Shown: in pieces, positions 16,259-18,949 of the stretch
Numbering within the stretch: position 1 is the first letter of the stretch
Layout of the letters: each line of letters starts with the position of its first letter
From: Planctomycetota bacterium
GTDB lineage: Bacteria; Planctomycetota; UBA11346
Length of the DNA: 18,949 nucleotides
Assembly (NCBI GenBank): GCA_038213805.1
Contig: JBBQSO010000097.1
Location: 1 to 18,949 of the forward strand
Direction: 5' to 3'
Translations under genes and position numbers: made by a program
Notes under the pieces: model-generated
Database searches by the model: none
What the model saw: only the letters and a program-made list of their open reading frames with translations
Told to the model about the DNA's origin: nothing

Positions 16259-18949
16259 ATGACCTTCCTTGCCCCGTGGCTGCTGTGGTGTGTCCCGCTC
16301 GCCGGATTGCCGGTGCTGTTCCACCTGTTCTTCAAGGTCAAGAAGCGGCCGCTGCCGTTCTCGTCGTTGATGTTCTTCCTGAAGGTCGAGCCCAACCTGC
16401 AGGCGCGCCGGAAGATCCGCGAAATCCTGCTGCTGATCCTGCGCTGCCTGCTCATCCTGATGGTGGTGCTGGCGCTGGCACGGCCGGTGTTCCCGGCCTT
16501 CGGTGGCGGCGGGCGCACCGCGCTGGTGCTGGTGGTCGACAACTCCGCCTCGATGGGCGCGGATGGTGGCGGCGGCAAGCCGCGCCTGCGCCAGGCCCTG
16601 GAGGGCGCATCGGCGCTGCTCGGTGAACTCAGGCCCGGCGACCTCGCAGCGCTGGTGCTGGCGGTTGACGAACGCACGGCGGCGGCGTCTGGCCTGGGCG
16701 GCGATCCCGCGGTGCTGCGCGCGGCGCTGGATCAGGTGACGGCGACCGAGGCGGCCGCCGATCCCGGGCGCGCCCTGCGCCAGGCGCTGGCGCTGCTCGC
16801 GACCACGCCGGCCCCGGCGCGCGAGATCCACATCTTCAGCGACGCGCAGGAAGGTGAGTGGGGCAGGCCCTCCGGCGAGTGGAGCTCGGTGCCGCCTGGG
16901 GTGCAGGTGGTGGTGCACCGCGTCGCCAGCGGGCCACGACCCGGTGTGGATGTGGCCGTCGCCGTAGTGCACCCGCCGCTCACGCGCATCATCGCAGGGC
17001 GCCCGGCGCGCTCCGGCGTGGTGCTGGTCAACCACGGCGTCGAGACCGCGACGGTGCAACTGCGCGTGACCGACGACCAGGGTGCAGAGACCGTGCGCCC
17101 GGTGTCCGTGCCGGCGCACGGCACCGTCGAGGTGCCGGTGGTGCTAACGCCCGCACAGGCGGGCCTGCACCACGCCCTGGTGCGCATCGAAGGCGACGGC
17201 TTCGCCGGTGATGATCGCGCCGGCCTGGCCTTCGGCTGCGGCGAGCGCGCGGCGGTACTGCTCTCGGGTGACCCGCGCGCCTTTGGCCTGCTGCCGGTGG
17301 CGCTGGCGCCTGATGGCACGGGCGCGATCTCGGGCTTGGCGCCGATTGCGGTGCCGGCGGCCGATCTCGAGCGCGAAATCGCCGAACGCCGCCCGGCGCT
17401 GGTGGTACTGACCTGGGCCGACCTCGCGGCGCGCACCGTCGGTGACCATCCGGACCTGCCCGCGTTCAAGGCCTACGTCGGTGGCGGCGGTGCGCTGCTG
17501 GTGGTGCCCGGCGTCGCCGGCTTGGAGGGCGGTGGCCTGGCGCCGGACTGGCTGGGCGCTGCGCCGACGCGCGATGAGCGCTTTGCCACGCCGGTGCCGG
17601 CGCTGGTGCTGGCCGCAGATGCCGCCTGCTTCGCCGAGATCCGGGACGGCGCCGGGGTGGTCGACGTGCAGGGTGTGCGCATCGCGCGCGCCGTGCCGCT
17701 GAAGGTCGGCACCGGCCGCGCCACCTTCGGGATGGGCGATGGCCGCGCCCTGCTTGTCGAGACCGCCTTTGGCAAGGGTCGCGTCTTCACCTGCGGCCTC
17801 GCCTTCCACCCGGCTTGGTCGTCGTTGCCGCTCAAGGGCTGGTCGCTGGCGATGATGCAGGGCCTGGCCTTGCCGCCGCCGCCCGCCGCCGACCGCGTGC
17901 TGCGCCTGACTGCCGGACAGGGTCTGCCCGCCGGCACCACCGGCACGGTGCGCATCGCCACGCTCGCTGGCGGCCCGTGCGCGTGGAACGGACCTGCGGA
18001 GCAGGCACCGGTCTTCGCCCGCGCTGGCGTCTACGCCGTGAGCGGTGGCGCCGACACGACCGCGGCGGCGCGCATCGTCACCGTCGCGTCCGCCCCGGGC
18101 GAGGGCATCCCCGCCTACGTGGAGGGCCCGGCCCTGCCCGCGCTCGCCGGACTCGCGCAGCGCGTCCTGCCAAGTGGCGACGCCGCCGCGGCGGTCGCGG
18201 ACTGGCGGCGCTCGCGGCGCGGCAGCGACCTCACCCCGTGGTGCGTGGTGCTGGCGATCCTGGCGTGGCTGGCCGAGGGCCTGATCGGCACCGCGGGCAT
18301 CGTCAAGCCCGCCGCCGCCGCTGCGGGGCCGAGTGCAGCACAGGGCCGCACCCCCGAACGAGACCTGGTCGGCAGCAGCGCGATCTTCTGGCTGCCGCAG
18401 GTGCCACCGCTGCTGCTCGCGGCTATCGTCGTCGCTCTCATCGTCGCGCTGGTGGTTGCCGACCGGCGGCTGCGCGCGCGCCTCGGCGCCGCGGGCGGCT
18501 GGCTGCTGCTCGCACCGCGCATCGGCGTGGCGATGCTGCTGGTACTGGCGCTCCTCGATCCGTCCGTGCGCAGCGAGCACCGCGACAGCGCCCACGGCCG
18601 GCTCGCCCTGCTCGTCGACACCTCGTCGTCGATGGATGTCGCGGACGATGGCCAGTCCCCGCGCCTCGCCCGTGCGCGTGCGCTGGCCGCGCGCCTCGCC
18701 GCCGCCGCGCCTTCCGGGGTCACCGTCACCACCCTGGCTTTCGATACGCGCATCCGTGGGCCACTGGCCGCGACCTACCCTGCCGGCGAGCGGCCCGGCG
18801 ATCCCGGCGTGGTGCTGCAGGGCGCGGCGGCTGATCCTGCCCTGGCCGGTGCGGTGGCCGTGGTCGCGCTGACCGACGGCGGCGACGAACCATTCACCAT
18901 CGCCACGCCACCGACGGTGCCGTTGTCGATCGTCGGCGTCGGCACCCCG
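16259..18949 (+). CDS. BatA-domain / vWA membrane protein, apparently fused to a second TM-vWA module; runs off the window
   Basis: MTFLAPWLLW...LPVLFHLF...FSSLMFF...LLLILR...LALARP (BatA N-terminus). MIDAS motifs DNSAS at ~16538 and DTSSS at ~18617. Absent from the ORF track because it has no stop in the window. Confidence 0.92.
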   Translation, partial: MTFLAPWLLWCVPLAGLPVLFHLFFKVKKRPLPFSSLMFFLKVEPNLQARRKIREILLLILRCLLILMVVLALARPVFPAFGGGGRTALVLVVDNSASMGADGGGGKPRLRQALEGASALLGELRPGDLAALVLAVDERTAAASGLGGDPAVLRAALDQVTATEAAADPGRALRQALALLATTPAPAREIHIFSDAQEGEWGRPSGEWSSVPPGVQVVVHRVASGPRPGVDVAVAVVHPPLTRIIAGRPARSGVVLVNHGVETATVQLRVTDDQGAETVRPVSVPAHGTVEVPVVLTPAQAGLHHALVRIEGDGFAGDDRAGLAFGCGERAAVLLSGDPRAFGLLPVALAPDGTGAISGLAPIAVPAADLEREIAERRPALVVLTWADLAARTVGDHPDLPAFKAYVGGGGALLVVPGVAGLEGGGLAPDWLGAAPTRDERFATPVPALVLAADAACFAEIRDGAGVVDVQGVRIARAVPLKVGTGRATFGMGDGRALLVETAFGKGRVFTCGLAFHPAWSSLPLKGWSLAMMQGLALPPPPAADRVLRLTAGQGLPAGTTGTVRIATLAGGPCAWNGPAEQAPVFARAGVYAVSGGADTTAAARIVTVASAPGEGIPAYVEGPALPALAGLAQRVLPSGDAAAAVADWRRSRRGSDLTPWCVVLAILAWLAEGLIGTAGIVKPAAAAAGPSAAQGRTPERDLVGSSAIFWLPQVPPLLLAAIVVALIVALVVADRRLRARLGAAGGWLLLAPRIGVAMLLVLALLDPSVRSEHRDSAHGRLALLVDTSSSMDVADDGQSPRLARARALAARLAAAAPSGVTVTTLAFDTRIRGPLAATYPAGERPGDPGVVLQGAAADPALAGAVAVVALTDGGDEPFTIATPPTVPLSIVGVGTP

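Overview
High-GC bacterial chromosome; the gene content suggests the PVC group, probably Planctomycetota (inference). Positions ~122-5790 hold an integron-type gene cassette array on the minus strand. It has nine AT-rich cassettes (ankyrin, Tdi1/DUF1851-like, small membrane proteins and unknowns) separated by eight closely similar, unusually long (211-213 bp) attC sites, with degenerate sites at both ends and no integrase at the proximal end. Two features stand out. (i) A second 180-bp repeat occurs twice, joined exactly at G|TT crossover points, and looks like a mobile promoter plus attI-like unit. (ii) An ATG built into the crossover point opens a short leader frame that is coupled or fused to almost every cassette gene. 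The rest of the window holds a YHS-like small protein, tRNA-fMet, two exported proteins, and a PA14/PKD/TPR - DUF4159 - FHA-MoxR - DUF58 - BatA/vWA operon. That operon is interrupted by a REP-flanked IS200-type (Y1/RAYT-like) transposase. All family calls come from motif recognition by eye, not database searches.
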